Assembly (NCBI GenBank): GCA_963844035.1
Contig: CAWJMT010000035.1
Span: 192,001 to 256,000 of the forward strand
Length of the DNA stretch: 64,000 nt
Direction: 5' to 3'
Source: an uncultured Gemmatimonadales bacterium
Lineage (GTDB): Bacteria; Gemmatimonadota; Gemmatimonadetes; Gemmatimonadales; GWC2-71-9
Below are positions 9,918-21,063 of the stretch, in pieces. The notes beneath the pieces are model-generated. The model had not been told where the DNA came from, searched no databases, and saw nothing but the letters and a program-made list of their open reading frames with translations. Made by a program: the position numbers and the translations under genes. Each line of letters starts with the position of its first letter. The stretch's first letter is position 1.

Positions 9918-10687
9918 GTCGGTGCGCCTCCAATGATGAATCGATCGCCGTCATTCGCCGCCGCTATCGGGCCCTTGAAGCGCTGGCCGGCGCTGCGCGC
10001 GGGGTCGGTAGTCTCTACCGGCGGATAGAAGTGCGTCAACACCAGCTTGCCGGCCCGCGCGTCACGTGCGAGGTCGCCGGCCTGCGTTGGGGTGAGATGG
10101 ATGTCCAGCGCCAGGTTGTCGGGCAGCGAGCACTCGGCAAGCAGCAGATCGCAGCCCGTGGCCCAGCGGGCGAGGTCGGCACTCGGTCCCGTGTCGCCGG
10201 TGAATACCAGCCGCCCTTCGGGCGCCGTCACGCTCACCGCGACGCTCTCCGGGGTGTGCGGCACGCGGCATGTTTCGAGACTCACGTCGGCGTTCAAGGG
10301 AAACGGCTCGCCGTCCCGGACGTCCAGAACGGCGATCGGGAACCCGGGATCGAGCAGCCAGGCGCCGAATCCCTGCGCCAGGGCCTTGACCAGGCGCACG
10401 GTTCCGGCAGGCCCGAGGATCACCAGGGGATCCGTGCGCGGCGGCTGCGCCGCATGCTTCAGGGCGAACACGAGCATCGGCAGCTCGCCAAAATGGTCCG
10501 GATGAAAATGTGTCAGCACCACGTGGGTGACGTTCTGCCAGGGCAGCCCGAACTCTGCAAGCCGGTGCAGCGCGCCGGCGCCGCAATCGAGCAGGATCCG
10601 GAGGTCCCCCTGATTCACCCAATGGCACGCCGCGGTGCGCCGCGCCGATGGTGCGACAGTCCCGGTGCCGACGGTGACGAGTTCCAT
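9911..10687 (-). CDS. Ribonuclease Z-like MBL-fold hydrolase
   Basis: [33 protein letters not shown]. Confidence 0.8.
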
Positions 10688-10690
10688 GAG

Positions 10691-11125
10691 CTAGGAATTC
10701 CTTCCGCGAAAGACGATCCGCCTGAACTGAGTTACCCCGCTGGCCCGCAGCTTGTACAAGTAGACCCCCGCCGGGACGTCCCGCCCGTCGTCCGCGCGGC
10801 CGTCCCACACCAGCCGGGGATCGCACGGGGCGCCCCCGCCGGGGCTCCGGCCGTAGCGGCCCGGCGCGACCGTGGCGTCCCACCCGGGCCCTGGTACCAG
10901 GCGCCGCACCGGGCTGCCCCGAAGATCGAGAATGTCGAGCTGGACCTCGCCGGCCACCGCCAGATCGAAGGAGAGGCAGGTCGCGTCCTGACCCGGTACG
11001 GGGAAGGGATTGGGAAAGTTTTGGTACAGCAGCGTCACCGCCGGCAGGTCGTCCGGCTGTTGCGCCGGCAACGGCGTTCCGGCCGCCAGGCACAACAGGG
11101 TGGCGGCCCACGAGAGCATGCGCAT
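10691..11125 (-). CDS. Small secreted protein made only of a FlgD-Ig/T9SS-CTD-like domain
   Basis: ATG at 11125; signal peptide ending LPAQ; LYQNFPNPF...DILDLRGSPVRRL...VWDGRADDGRDVPAGVYLYKL. Confidence 0.7.
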   Translation of the reverse strand: MRMLSWAATLLCLAAGTPLPAQQPDDLPAVTLLYQNFPNPFPVPGQDATCLSFDLAVAGEVQLDILDLRGSPVRRLVPGPGWDATVAPGRYGRSPGGGAPCDPRLVWDGRADDGRDVPAGVYLYKLRASGVTQFRRIVFRGRNS

Positions 11126-11133
11126 CCGGCGAG

Positions 11134-14100
11134 CTAGACGGGTTCCATCTGGCCGAGGCGGACGCCGACGATCGTCGAGACCCCGGGCTCCTGCATCGTG
11201 ACGCCGTAGACCGCGTCGGCGGCCTGCATCGTGCGAGGGTTGTGCGTGATCACGATGAATTGCGTCTGGTCCTTGAACTCCGTGAGCAACCGCACGTAGC
11301 GGCCGACGTTGGCGTCGTCGAGCGGCGCATCCACCTCGTCGAGCAGGCAGAACGGGCTCGGCTTGGCGAGGAAGATGGCGAACAGCAGCGATACCGCCAC
11401 GAGCGTCCGCTCGCCGGAGGACAGGAGATGAATGCGCTGCGTGCGCTTCCCCCGCGGGGCCGCGTGGATCTCGATCGCGCTGTCGAGCGGCTCGTCCTCG
11501 TTGGCCAGGCGCACATCGCACTCCCCTCCACCGAACAGCGTCTGGAACACCGACCGGAAGTTCTCCCGAACCTTCCCAAACGATTCGAGGAACAGTCCCT
11601 TGGCCGTTTGGTCGATTTCGCGCGCCGCCTGCTGCAGTGAGCTGCGCGCGGCCACCAGGTCGTCCCGCTGGGTCATCAGGAATTCGAGGCGCTTCATCTC
11701 CTCGCCGTGCTCGTCGACCGCGAGCGCGTTCACCGGCCCCACGGCGTCGATCGCCTCCTTGAGACGCTCGTTCTCCTGTCGCAGCCACTCGATATCCCCC
11801 TGGACCTCAGGCGCCTGCTCGAGCAACCGATCGAGCGGCTTGCGCCATTCGGCCTCGACCCGCGCCGCGAGCGCCTGTTTGCGGCCCAACACTTCGGAGC
11901 GCTCCAGCTCGAGCCGGTGGGTCTCGCTACCCAGCGTGCTCAAGGATTGGCGATGCTCCTCGAGCGCCGCTTCGCCGCGTGCGACGTCTCCCTCGGCGTC
12001 CTGCACGCGGGTCTCCGCGTCGAGCGCCGCCGCGCCCAGCGCACCCAGCGCCTGGCGGCGGTCCTTCAACGTGTCTTCCCACTGAGTCCGCTGCGTCTCG
12101 AGCGTGGCCGCGTCGCGATCGATCTCCCCGATCTCTTGTACGAGCGCGGTGGCCTGCTCGCGAGCCGCTGTGGCGTCCGCCGCGGCGCGTGCCGCCCGCT
12201 CCGCAGCCGCGGCCCGGCGAGCCTCCATCTGCGCCACCTCGACCTGCCAGCGCACGCGTTCCTCCCGCGCCGCCTCCTGCTGCGCGTCCAGCTCGGTGAG
12301 CCGGGCGCGGTGGCCTTCCAAACGTTCGTCGAGCCCGACCCGCTCGAGCTCGTGCTGCTCCAACATGGCGTGCAGCGCCGTGAGCCGCGTTTCCACCTCC
12401 GCGAGGCGGCGCGACAGCCGCGCAACCTGTGCCTCCGCGTCTGTGGTTTCGCGGTGCGCGTGCGCTGCCGCCCGCTCGGCGTCGCCCTTGTGGGCCCCCG
12501 TCTCGATTTCCACCTGGCGGGCGCGCTCGGCGGCGGTTGCGGCGGCGGCGTAAGCGGCCTCAGCGGCCGCCAGCTCTCCCAACGCATCCTCGAGCTCCTT
12601 CACGGCCCCGGCTCGGGCCGTCTCTCCCGCTGCCACGTCGTGCTCCAGCCCCTCCAACTCGGCGCGGCGCAGCAATGGCCCCCCGGAGCTCGTCCCGGCG
12701 AGCAGGATCGCCCCGTTGGCACGGCGCAGCGCGAACCCGTCGTCCAGCACCTCGTGGCCTGCCAGCAGCGCGTGCACCCACGCTGCCGCCGGGCCGTCGG
12801 CCCGGAGCTCGTCCTTGAGGAGATGTCCGTCGGCCGCGAGCCGGGGGCCCGGAACACAGGGCAGCAGCAGCAACGGGCCGGGTTGGGCTGACGCTGTGCC
12901 AGCGACGGATGCCGTCAATCACCGACGCATCGCGCACCAGCACCGCGTGGAGCCATTCTCCCAGCAACCGCTCGGCGAGCTCGGCATCGCGGCGGCTGGT
13001 GCGCACGAAGTCCGCCAGCGGACCGAGCACACCGTCTCCGAACTGGTCCCTGGCCTTGAGCAACGCCTGCGCGGCGGGCGCGAGACCCACCCGCTCGCGA
13101 TCGAGCTCGGCAAGAGCGTCACGGCGCGCCGTGACCTGAGCCAACGCTTCCTCCGCCTGGCGGCGGGTGGCGCGCCCTCGCGCTTCACGTTCCTTCGCGG
13201 CGGCAACCCGGTGCCGCTCTTGGTCAACGGAGTTTGCGGCCTCGTGCGCTTCGCGGGCCTGCGTTGCCGCGCGCTGCGCGAGGGCGGTCACCTCTACGGC
13301 TGCGGCCTGCTCGGCGGCATGGCGGGCGGCACGTTCCCCCGCCGCCTGGCCGAGCTGTTGCTTCAGCTCGGCACGCTCACGCTCGAGCGCGGTCCGCTCG
13401 CCCTCGAGCGAGCGAGTTTCCTCGGCCCGGCGCTGCAGGACCTCCTCCGACGCCCGAACGACCGACCGCTGTTCCCCCAGGAGATCCCGCACGGCCTGCT
13501 CGTCCCCGGTGCGACGCTCCAGCTCGGCTTGCACCCCCGACAGCTCACCCTCGGCGGCCATCTGCTCCGCGGCCGCGGCTTCGTGCTCGCGTTCCGCCTG
13601 GGCGGCTCGCAGGTCGGCCTGCGCGCGGTCCTGCCCGGCTTTGGCGCGCCGTTGTCCGGCGTTGTAGAGGCGCTCAGCGGCGACGGCCAGGTCGCCCTCC
13701 AGCCGCCCGATCTCGAGCTTGGCGTCGGCGAGCCGGCGCGCGACTTCGGTCCGCTGGGCTTCGGCGGTGTGGCGAGCCTGGACTCGCGTCTCCCGTGTGC
13801 GCTCCGCTTCAGCGAAGGCGGCACGCGCGGCCGGCATGCCCGCCGCCAGCTCAGTGGCGCGCACGCCGAGGGCGCCGAGCGTCAGGTCGAAGTCCTCGAG
13901 CTCGCGGCGCACGAGGGTCAGAGCGATCCCGAACCGCTCGTCGATCATCTTGCCGTAGCGCTCCGCCTTGCCGCGCTGCCGCGCCAGACTGCGAACCTGG
14001 GTCTGCACTTCGGCGATGAGATCCTCGAGGCGCGCCAGGTCGGCGCTCGTCTCTTCCAGGCGGCGCTCGGTGCTGCGTTTGCGGTCGCGATACAGTCCGA

Positions 14101-14599
14101 TCCCTGCGGCCTCCTCGAAGAGCGAGCGCCGCTCTTCGGCTTTTTCGGAGAGCAGCTCGTCGATCATCTTGGCTTCCATCACGACGGCGGCTCCCGCACC
14201 CAACCCCGTGCCGCGGAGCAGGTCCTGAATGTCCCGCAGGCGCACCGGCGCGCGGTTGAGGAGGTATTCGCTCTGCCCCGAGCGCGACAACCGCCGGGTG
14301 ACCACGACCTCCTGATAGGCCAGCGGGAGCATGCCGTCCGAGTTGTCGAAGACGAGGGAGACTTCCGCGACGTTCACCGGCCGGCGGCCGGTGGAGCCTT
14401 GAAAGATCACGTCCTCCATCTTGCCGCCGCGCAGCAACCGGGGCGATTGCTCGCCCAACACCCAGCGCACGGCGTCCGATATGTTCGACTTGCCGCAGCC
14501 GTTCGGCCCCACGATGGATGTGACACCGTTGTCGAACGGCAGCTCGACCGACCCCGCAAACGATTTGAAACCCGAAAGCTCCAGCCGGCTCAATCTCAT
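11134..14599 (-). CDS. smc: Chromosome segregation protein SMC (one frameshift near 12890-12900)
   Basis: GFKSF, GPNGCGKSN, long coiled coils, hinge region, LSSGE, LLDEVDAPLD, ITH. Split over ORFs 12560..14599 and 11134..12918. Confidence 0.95.
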
Positions 14600-15885
14600 G
14601 GTGTGGTTTCTACCCGCGTGATGAGTGTGGCTTGAATGCCGGCCCGCTCCAGCTGGGCCTGCGTCGCACTGGCTTGTTCGGGGGACTCGAACGCGCCGAC
14701 CAGGGTCGCCGCGTTCCCGCGTCCCGGCATCGCGGGGATGCCTTGCCGTCGCAGACTGTCGGGGTCCATGGGGTCGGCGAGCGCGAGCGAGTAGGGGGCA
14801 CGCAGCAGCTCGCCTTGCCCCGGTGGGACCACCCGGCGGTCCCAGAGCGCATCCCGAGCCGCGGCGGCCGAGTCACGAGTGGGATACGAGCCGAACAGCA
14901 CCCGGTACCACACCGTGCCGCGTCCCAGCGGGACGAGAGTGACGAAGCTTGCGGTTGCGCCCGCGCCCGCCACGTCCTCGCTCACCCGGTCCGCCAGCGC
15001 GAGCGCCTTGTCGAGCGTCCCGTACGCGGCCAGTTGAACGGTCCAGGCGAGGGTGTCGGCGCGTGGTGGAGCTGGAGGAGTCGGTCGTGGAGCCGGCTGC
15101 GTGACTCCCCGGGCGGCCGCTGGGGCAGGGTGGCTGGTGTCGAGCGACAGCACCCCCCAGCCCCCGGCCGCTCCCGCCGCCAGGGTGGCCACGACCACGA
15201 CCGGTCGGGCGGCACGTCGCCGCGGTCGACGGGTGGGGGCGGGAGGGGGGGTGGGGGCGCGGACGGGGGCCGATACGCGAGCAGCAGTACCTGAGACGGC
15301 GTGCTCCGGCGCAGGGCTCCAGCTATCGCGCACCACGCCAAGCATCGGAACGCCTCGCTCGGTCGCGGCAATGATTCCCTGGCCGATCGACGACTCCGGC
15401 TCGAATCCATCGGGCGACAAAACGATGAGGCCGTCCGGGGTGGCGGCGAGTCGGGCGAGGCCGCCGGCGGAAAGGTACAGGAGGAGCAGTGCGCCCTCGG
15501 AGCGAAACCCGGCGTGCAACTTCTTCCAACGCGCGTGTCCGAATATCTCGCCGGCGCTCGCCGTGTAGGATCCGGCGGCGATGAAGAAGACGCCATCCAC
15601 CTCGTGCGCCGTCCTGGTCAACGACACGCCGTACTCGAACGCGTCGACAATCCCGTCGCTCGGCGTGTATCCAATCACTTCGTGCAACCTTGGCTCTTCG
15701 ATCCAGAGATCGACGAGGGCGACACGACGGTTCTGGTGCACCGCCGCGCGCGCGACGTCCCACGCAGCCTGGGCGGACCATCGCAGGTCGCCGGTGGCGG
15801 GCACGAGTGCGACGAGCGCCTGGGATTCCACCAGCGTCGGGATCAGGTTCCCGAGTCGCGATCGAGGGAGCGGGCGGGGCGTCAC
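14596..15885 (-). CDS. Degenerate MinD/BY-kinase-like N-domain + Pro linker + TM + SPOR domain(s)
   Basis: RRVALVDL...PRLHEVIG...GIVD...FFIAAG...EIFGHARWKKL resembles the CpsD/MinD fold without a P-loop; WTVQLAAY...WYRVLFGSYPTRDSA is SPOR. Confidence 0.65.
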   Translation of the reverse strand: MTPRPLPRSRLGNLIPTLVESQALVALVPATGDLRWSAQAAWDVARAAVHQNRRVALVDLWIEEPRLHEVIGYTPSDGIVDAFEYGVSLTRTAHEVDGVFFIAAGSYTASAGEIFGHARWKKLHAGFRSEGALLLLYLSAGGLARLAATPDGLIVLSPDGFEPESSIGQGIIAATERGVPMLGVVRDSWSPAPEHAVSGTAARVSAPVRAPTPPPAPTRRPRRRAARPVVVVATLAAGAAGGWGVLSLDTSHPAPAAARGVTQPAPRPTPPAPPRADTLAWTVQLAAYGTLDKALALADRVSEDVAGAGATASFVTLVPLGRGTVWYRVLFGSYPTRDSAAAARDALWDRRVVPPGQGELLRAPYSLALADPMDPDSLRRQGIPAMPGRGNAATLVGAFESPEQASATQAQLERAGIQATLITRVETTP

Positions 15886-17322
15886 GGCGGGGGCTGGTAG
15901 ATCCAGTAGGGGCGACCCAGCTTGCGCCCGATGGCTTCCGCCTGATCGCGGCTCTCATACGGGCCGAGGACCACTCGGTAGCCCGTCGTCGAGTCCCTTG
16001 GGTGGCAGCACGCGGGCGATGAGCCCGGCGCGGGAGAGCTGCTGCGCCATCTGCGTGGACCACGCCTCGTTTTGGGACGTGGAAACCTGTACGTAGAGGG
16101 GACCTTCAGTCCCGGCAGCGCCGCCGAGCGCTGCTGCTGCGCTGTCGGGCACAAGCGACGACGCCTGCGCGTCGAGCATGCCGCGGAAGCTCGAGCGTCC
16201 CGGTGAGAACACCCACAGATCCGCGTTGGCCGCCGCCACGCGCCCCGTTTCCTTGACCAGCGTGTCAGCGCGATAAGCCACGACGTCGTTGCCTTGGCCG
16301 ACCAGCAGTGTGCCGTCCGGTCCGATGGCCGGAAGATCGGAGTCCCACGATGTCGCCACGCTCCCGACCATTGTCTTGATCGGGAGGTCCACGATCCACA
16401 CCGAGTCCCCGATCGACGGGCGCGCCAGCAACCAGCGTCCGAAGGGGTCGAGCCGAACGGTGGCGGCGGGGGTCGGTAGCGCTACGCCGTCGACTTCGGC
16501 CCGCTCGTAGCGATCCACCACCGCGAGACCGGCGCCGGTGCGCCGGGTGACATATGCGCGATGACCGGACGGGGAGAACGCGACCGTCCGCGGATGATCG
16601 GCGAGGGGCACGAAGGCCGGCTCGCGGCGCGCGAGTGGATCGACCAGGAGTATGCCGCTGTCGCTCGCGACGGCGACCAGGTCTCCCCATCGGGTTGCGG
16701 CAACGTCACCGGTGATCGGGAGGACCCGCATCGCGGGAGGTTGATCGGCGGCGACGGCGATGAGCCGGAGGGTCGAGGGATGGGCCGTGTCGCCCGGCAC
16801 CACTGCGATGAGCCGCTGATCGGCGGCGCCGAACATCTCTCGCGGGACGGCGCTCAACGGCTGCGGCCATGTGCGGCGCGCCCGCCGCGCAACAGTCACC
16901 ACATGGCGCTTGGCGTCGACGACGAACAGGGTCTGGTCGGGCCCGAGCACGGTGACGACGACGCTGGTGGCCACCGTATCGACCCGACCTGTTTCGAGAT
17001 CGAGTGACAGCAGATCGTTGGTCGCCGTCGTGACGAAGAGCAGGTGGGACTCCACGTCGAGCCCCACCACTCGGGCAACGGCGGGGAGGCGCCCGCGCGC
17101 GGCGCTAGGCATCTCCGTGAGTGTCGGCAGGCGGTAGGCGCGGACCGGTCCGCCCTTTCGAGCCAGGCGGAGCGCGAGTGCGGGATGGCGGGGTGGGGCG
17201 GTGACCCGCTTCTTAACTACTTGTTGTGACTGCGATTGCGACGACTGAGCGGCGGGCGCCTGGGACCGGCAGCCCCATAGCGCGAGACCGGCGCAGAGGA
17301 GAATCCAAGAACGGGTGTGCAA
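15882..17322 (-). CDS. Lipoprotein with YncE-like beta-propeller and C-terminal SPOR (indel near 15980)
   Basis: Probable TTG start at 17322; lipobox ALWGC; PRTVAFSPSG, LDPFGRWL propeller repeats; YVQVSTS...YRVVLGPYESRDQA SPOR. Confidence 0.7.
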
Positions 17323-17385
17323 AAGGCCTCGCCGGAGAAGATAGGCAACCGGCGAGGCCAAGGCAAGTGTTTTAGTGATGCGGAG

Positions 17386-20300
17386 TTAGAACGTCGGGCC
17401 GAGGCTGACGGTCCAGTACGGCCGGTCGTACGCGCGGTCGAGCGGCTTGGTGTAGTCGAACCGGAGCGGGATCCCGAGGATGTTCGCGCGAATCGACCCG
17501 CCCCAACTCTTCAACGGGCTGCGATACCGCCCTTGGAGCCCGACCGGCTGGTGCCCGACGATCGTGGATCCATCGAGCCACGACATGCCGACATCGAAGA
17601 ACATCGCGCCCTCGATCGGCGGCAGGGCGATCGGGAGCAGCCCGAGCGCCAGCGACCGGGTCAACGGGAAGCGAAGCTCGACGTTGGCAACGGCCGCGCG
17701 CGATCCGATCAACTGGTCGAGGGCCGGGCATCCGGTCTCCACCCCGGGCAACGCGCCAATGATCGGCGCGATGTTCGAGACCTGCGCGTAGCACTCGTGA
17801 TTGATGATCGAGGTGGCGGTGTAGCCGCGTATCAGGTCGGGGTTGCCGAGCACCACGGGGAACTGATTCGCATCTCGACCGAAGCGGCCGAAGAACAGGC
17901 CCCGGAACGCCAGCGTGAAGGGCTGGGCGAAAAAGTAGCGGCGCAGGTCGACGACGGTTCCGGTGAACCTCCAGCCACCGACGGCCGGGGCGATCTGCAG
18001 GCGGTGGCGGCTGCCGGCGAACGGCCCGACGGGACCGAACAGCGTGTTGTCGTGCGTGTAGGCGATGGTCGGAGCGACGTAGCCGATCGACGGGTGAATG
18101 CTGGTCGTGGAATTACCCACGCCGAGCGGCCGGCCGCTCGCATCGAAGTACTGCTGTTGCTGGAGGATGGCGTCGGACATCCCGACCAGATGCAGCCCGT
18201 ACTCAATACGATTGAAGCGGTTCAAGGGATAGAACGCGACGACAAACGCATCCCGTACGACCAAGCGGCGGATGCGGGTCGTGAAGAAAACGGAGCCCGG
18301 TGGGGCACCCGGAGTCGTCACTTGGCCCACGCTGCTCGGGATGTAGTAGTAGTTGGGTGTCTGACTTACCCCCATGACGCGGTTCGTGCGGTGTCTCTGG
18401 TCGAAGTATGCGGCCAGAAACTGCGACTCCCCTACTCGTCCGTTGAGCTGGAACGCGAAATTCAGGGTTCGGTCGCCGAGCATGTCGGAGAGCGAGATGC
18501 CCGTTCCACCGAACACGCCACGCCCAAAGTTGTCGCGCTGGTACCCGATGGTGGGCTGGGCGACGAAGTCTGTGGAGAAGCGCGTCCGGTACCGACTGAT
18601 CTGGAACGTCGCGGTATCCGGCAGCGCCAGGTTGACCGAATCGAGGAGCGTGCGGACCGACACCGGCGCCGTGGCTCCGGCCTCGCTCGAGTCGGGAAGC
18701 GCCGGGGTTGCGTCTGACGAGCGAAGGCCGCCGGGCGACCGGTACGTAGACGTGGCGGGGTGCAGCTCCTCCTGCTCCGGCGTGGGGGCGGGAGGTGCCA
18801 CTGCCGCATCCTGCAGCGCATTCGGAAGCATGGACACGGTCGCCAGGGTTACCGGCTCGCGATACGGCTCGCGCCGCAGCGACCGCGGGTTGTCGACCGT
18901 GTAGACGTTGTAGTTACCCCCTTCGTAGTAGCCGAAGGCGAGACGATCGGCCTGGCGTGCCCACGAGAGACAGGGGGACAACGGTGTGATGCCGGAGACC
19001 CCGGTGTACACGTCGGTCAGCTGATAGATGTTGCGGTCCATCAGGTCGTACAGGAACAGGTTGGTGATGCCTGTACGATCTGAGACAAACACCAAGGATT
19101 TGCCGTCGGGCGCCCACACCGGGTTGACGTTCCTGCCCCGGTCCATGTGGTTCAGCACCTCGATATGGCCGGTCTCGAGATGGTAGAGCCCAATCCGCAT
19201 GTTGCCGAACCGCAACATGCTGAAGTCGGTACCGGGGCCGCGGTCGGTGGCGAATGCGATCGTCTTGCCGTCGGGCGACCAGGACGCCTGAAGATCCGCG
19301 TACCGGTCGTTGGTGAGCCGGCGCAGGTCAGTGCCGTCGCGGTTGACGATGAAGAGATCGGAGATGCCACCATCCTGCCCGGTGAAGAGGATCTGCGTTC
19401 CGTCGGGTGACCACGACGGGCTCAGGGCCCCATTCAGGGGGAGCGGAATACGTCCCGCCTCGCGGTCCTTGGCCACGTCGATGATGACGATGTCGTCGCG
19501 ATCCTTGTGTTTGACGGCGATCGCGAAGAACTGGCCGTCCTGCGAGAACGAGCCCGCTGAGTTGATGAACCGCAGGCTCTCGTAATTGCTGTTGATCGTG
19601 GACTTGATCAGCTGGCGCTTGACGCGGCCGGTCTCGCCGTCCGCGATGTACAAATCGATGAAGAAGGAGTTGCGCTCGCTGAGGTAGACGATGTCCTTGC
19701 CATCGGGCGAGAGTGCCGCCGACAGGTGGAGCCCGCCCCCGGAGCGCCGCTCCGTGAGCACCGGCTTGGCGATGCGGCGTGCCCGATAGTGGTCGGCGAG
19801 CTGCGGCAGGACGGTCGTCTGGACCGCGTCACGCCATTCGTCCGACAGCTCCTCGAGCGGGCGGTTCAGCGAACGCCGGAACGCGCCTTCAATCCCCGCC
19901 GAAACCGACGACTGGAGGATCTCCCCGATGATCTCGTCACCCCATTTCTCGCCCACGTACGCCATGAGCGCGTGGCCGAAATGGTAGGGGAAGACGCGCG
20001 GGTCGAAGGTCATCTGCGCGATGGAAGGCAGCGTTCCCTCGATCGACGCGTCGCGCAGCCACATCATGGTGAGCGCGTCGGGAGGACCGAGTGACAGGTA
20101 CTCTGCCATGCCCTCCATGAACCACAACGGCGGCTGCACGTTGGTCAGGGTCTGGAGGCCGCCGCCGATCTGCCCGTGGGCGTAGACGTCGAACTGGAAC
20201 TGGTGCACCATCTCGTGCTGGAGCACGTGCTCCAGCTCTTCATAGGAGCCCGTGAAGGGCAACACCATGCGGTGCTTCAACGGCTCGGTGAACCCCCCGA

Positions 20301-20619
20301 TGCCCTCACTGAGGTCGTTCGAGGTGTTGGTCTGAATGAAGTCGGATGACGAGGCGTACAAGATGATCGGCTTGCGCACCTTGAACTGGTGATTCAAGAT
20401 GCGCGACAGGCGCGCGTACCCGCGTTCCGCCATGCGGGCGGCGTCGAGCGCGGCAGTCCGCTCACGCTCGTAGAAATACACCTCGAAATGATCGGTGCGG
20501 ATCACCTGCCATTCGAAGCTGTTGTACTGGACTTTGTTCTGGCCGAAGTACCCCTGCGCCGCAACCTGTCCCACTCCAAGCGCCAACAGCACGACCGCAA
20601 GTCCGCTGAACCGTCGCAT
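17386..20619 (-). CDS. Omp85-family protein with N-terminal gluzincin (peptidase MA-like) and TolB/PD40 propeller domains
   Basis: Signal peptide from ATG 20619; HEMVH...WFMEGMAEY; repeated SWSPDG; barrel with IRGY, NVELRFP, FFDVG and terminal Phe. Confidence 0.85.
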   Translation of the reverse strand: MRRFSGLAVVLLALGVGQVAAQGYFGQNKVQYNSFEWQVIRTDHFEVYFYERERTAALDAARMAERGYARLSRILNHQFKVRKPIILYASSSDFIQTNTSNDLSEGIGGFTEPLKHRMVLPFTGSYEELEHVLQHEMVHQFQFDVYAHGQIGGGLQTLTNVQPPLWFMEGMAEYLSLGPPDALTMMWLRDASIEGTLPSIAQMTFDPRVFPYHFGHALMAYVGEKWGDEIIGEILQSSVSAGIEGAFRRSLNRPLEELSDEWRDAVQTTVLPQLADHYRARRIAKPVLTERRSGGGLHLSAALSPDGKDIVYLSERNSFFIDLYIADGETGRVKRQLIKSTINSNYESLRFINSAGSFSQDGQFFAIAVKHKDRDDIVIIDVAKDREAGRIPLPLNGALSPSWSPDGTQILFTGQDGGISDLFIVNRDGTDLRRLTNDRYADLQASWSPDGKTIAFATDRGPGTDFSMLRFGNMRIGLYHLETGHIEVLNHMDRGRNVNPVWAPDGKSLVFVSDRTGITNLFLYDLMDRNIYQLTDVYTGVSGITPLSPCLSWARQADRLAFGYYEGGNYNVYTVDNPRSLRREPYREPVTLATVSMLPNALQDAAVAPPAPTPEQEELHPATSTYRSPGGLRSSDATPALPDSSEAGATAPVSVRTLLDSVNLALPDTATFQISRYRTRFSTDFVAQPTIGYQRDNFGRGVFGGTGISLSDMLGDRTLNFAFQLNGRVGESQFLAAYFDQRHRTNRVMGVSQTPNYYYIPSSVGQVTTPGAPPGSVFFTTRIRRLVVRDAFVVAFYPLNRFNRIEYGLHLVGMSDAILQQQQYFDASGRPLGVGNSTTSIHPSIGYVAPTIAYTHDNTLFGPVGPFAGSRHRLQIAPAVGGWRFTGTVVDLRRYFFAQPFTLAFRGLFFGRFGRDANQFPVVLGNPDLIRGYTATSIINHECYAQVSNIAPIIGALPGVETGCPALDQLIGSRAAVANVELRFPLTRSLALGLLPIALPPIEGAMFFDVGMSWLDGSTIVGHQPVGLQGRYRSPLKSWGGSIRANILGIPLRFDYTKPLDRAYDRPYWTVSLGPTF

Positions 20620-20624
20620 TACAC

Positions 20625-20969
20625 TTATCCTTTCGTTCCGTCCTGCGGGACGGACACTAGCACGGCTGCATCGCCCCACAGACGCTCGAGCTGGTAGAAC
20701 TCCCGCAGCTCTGGATGGAAGACGTGCACGACGAAATCTACATAATCGAGCAACACCCAGCGACCTTGCGTCAGCCCTTCAACGTGGTGCGGCCGCACCC
20801 CGTGGGGCGCGAGCGCGGTCATTAGGTGGTCCGCCATGCCTCGTACGTGGGTATCCGACGTGCCCGACGCGATGATGAAGTAGTCGGTCGCCGCGGTTAG
20901 ATCCCGAAGGTCCAGCACGACGGCATCTACCGCCTTGCGGTCAGCGAGGGCGCGCGTGACGAGCCACAA
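20625..20969 (-). CDS. rsfS: Ribosome silencing factor
   Basis: DYFIIASG, EG...WVLLDYVDFVVHVF, REFYQLERLWGDA. Start uncertain. Confidence 0.95.
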   Translation of the reverse strand: MWLVTRALADRKAVDAVVLDLRDLTAATDYFIIASGTSDTHVRGMADHLMTALAPHGVRPHHVEGLTQGRWVLLDYVDFVVHVFHPELREFYQLERLWGDAAVLVSVPQDGTKG

Positions 20970-21063
20970 CCGCGTCCGGCGGAGGTTCCCGGCGGGGTCG
21001 CGACGACCGAACCCGGCCCCTGCTAGTCATATAGTGGGCCCGCCGTCGCTTTGTTCCGTGGCC

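Noticed and set aside
12560..12918. Programmed frameshift or split smc
   Set aside because: No slippery site is evident, and similar single indels break rplI, pdxJ and the S41 protease, pointing to sequencing error.
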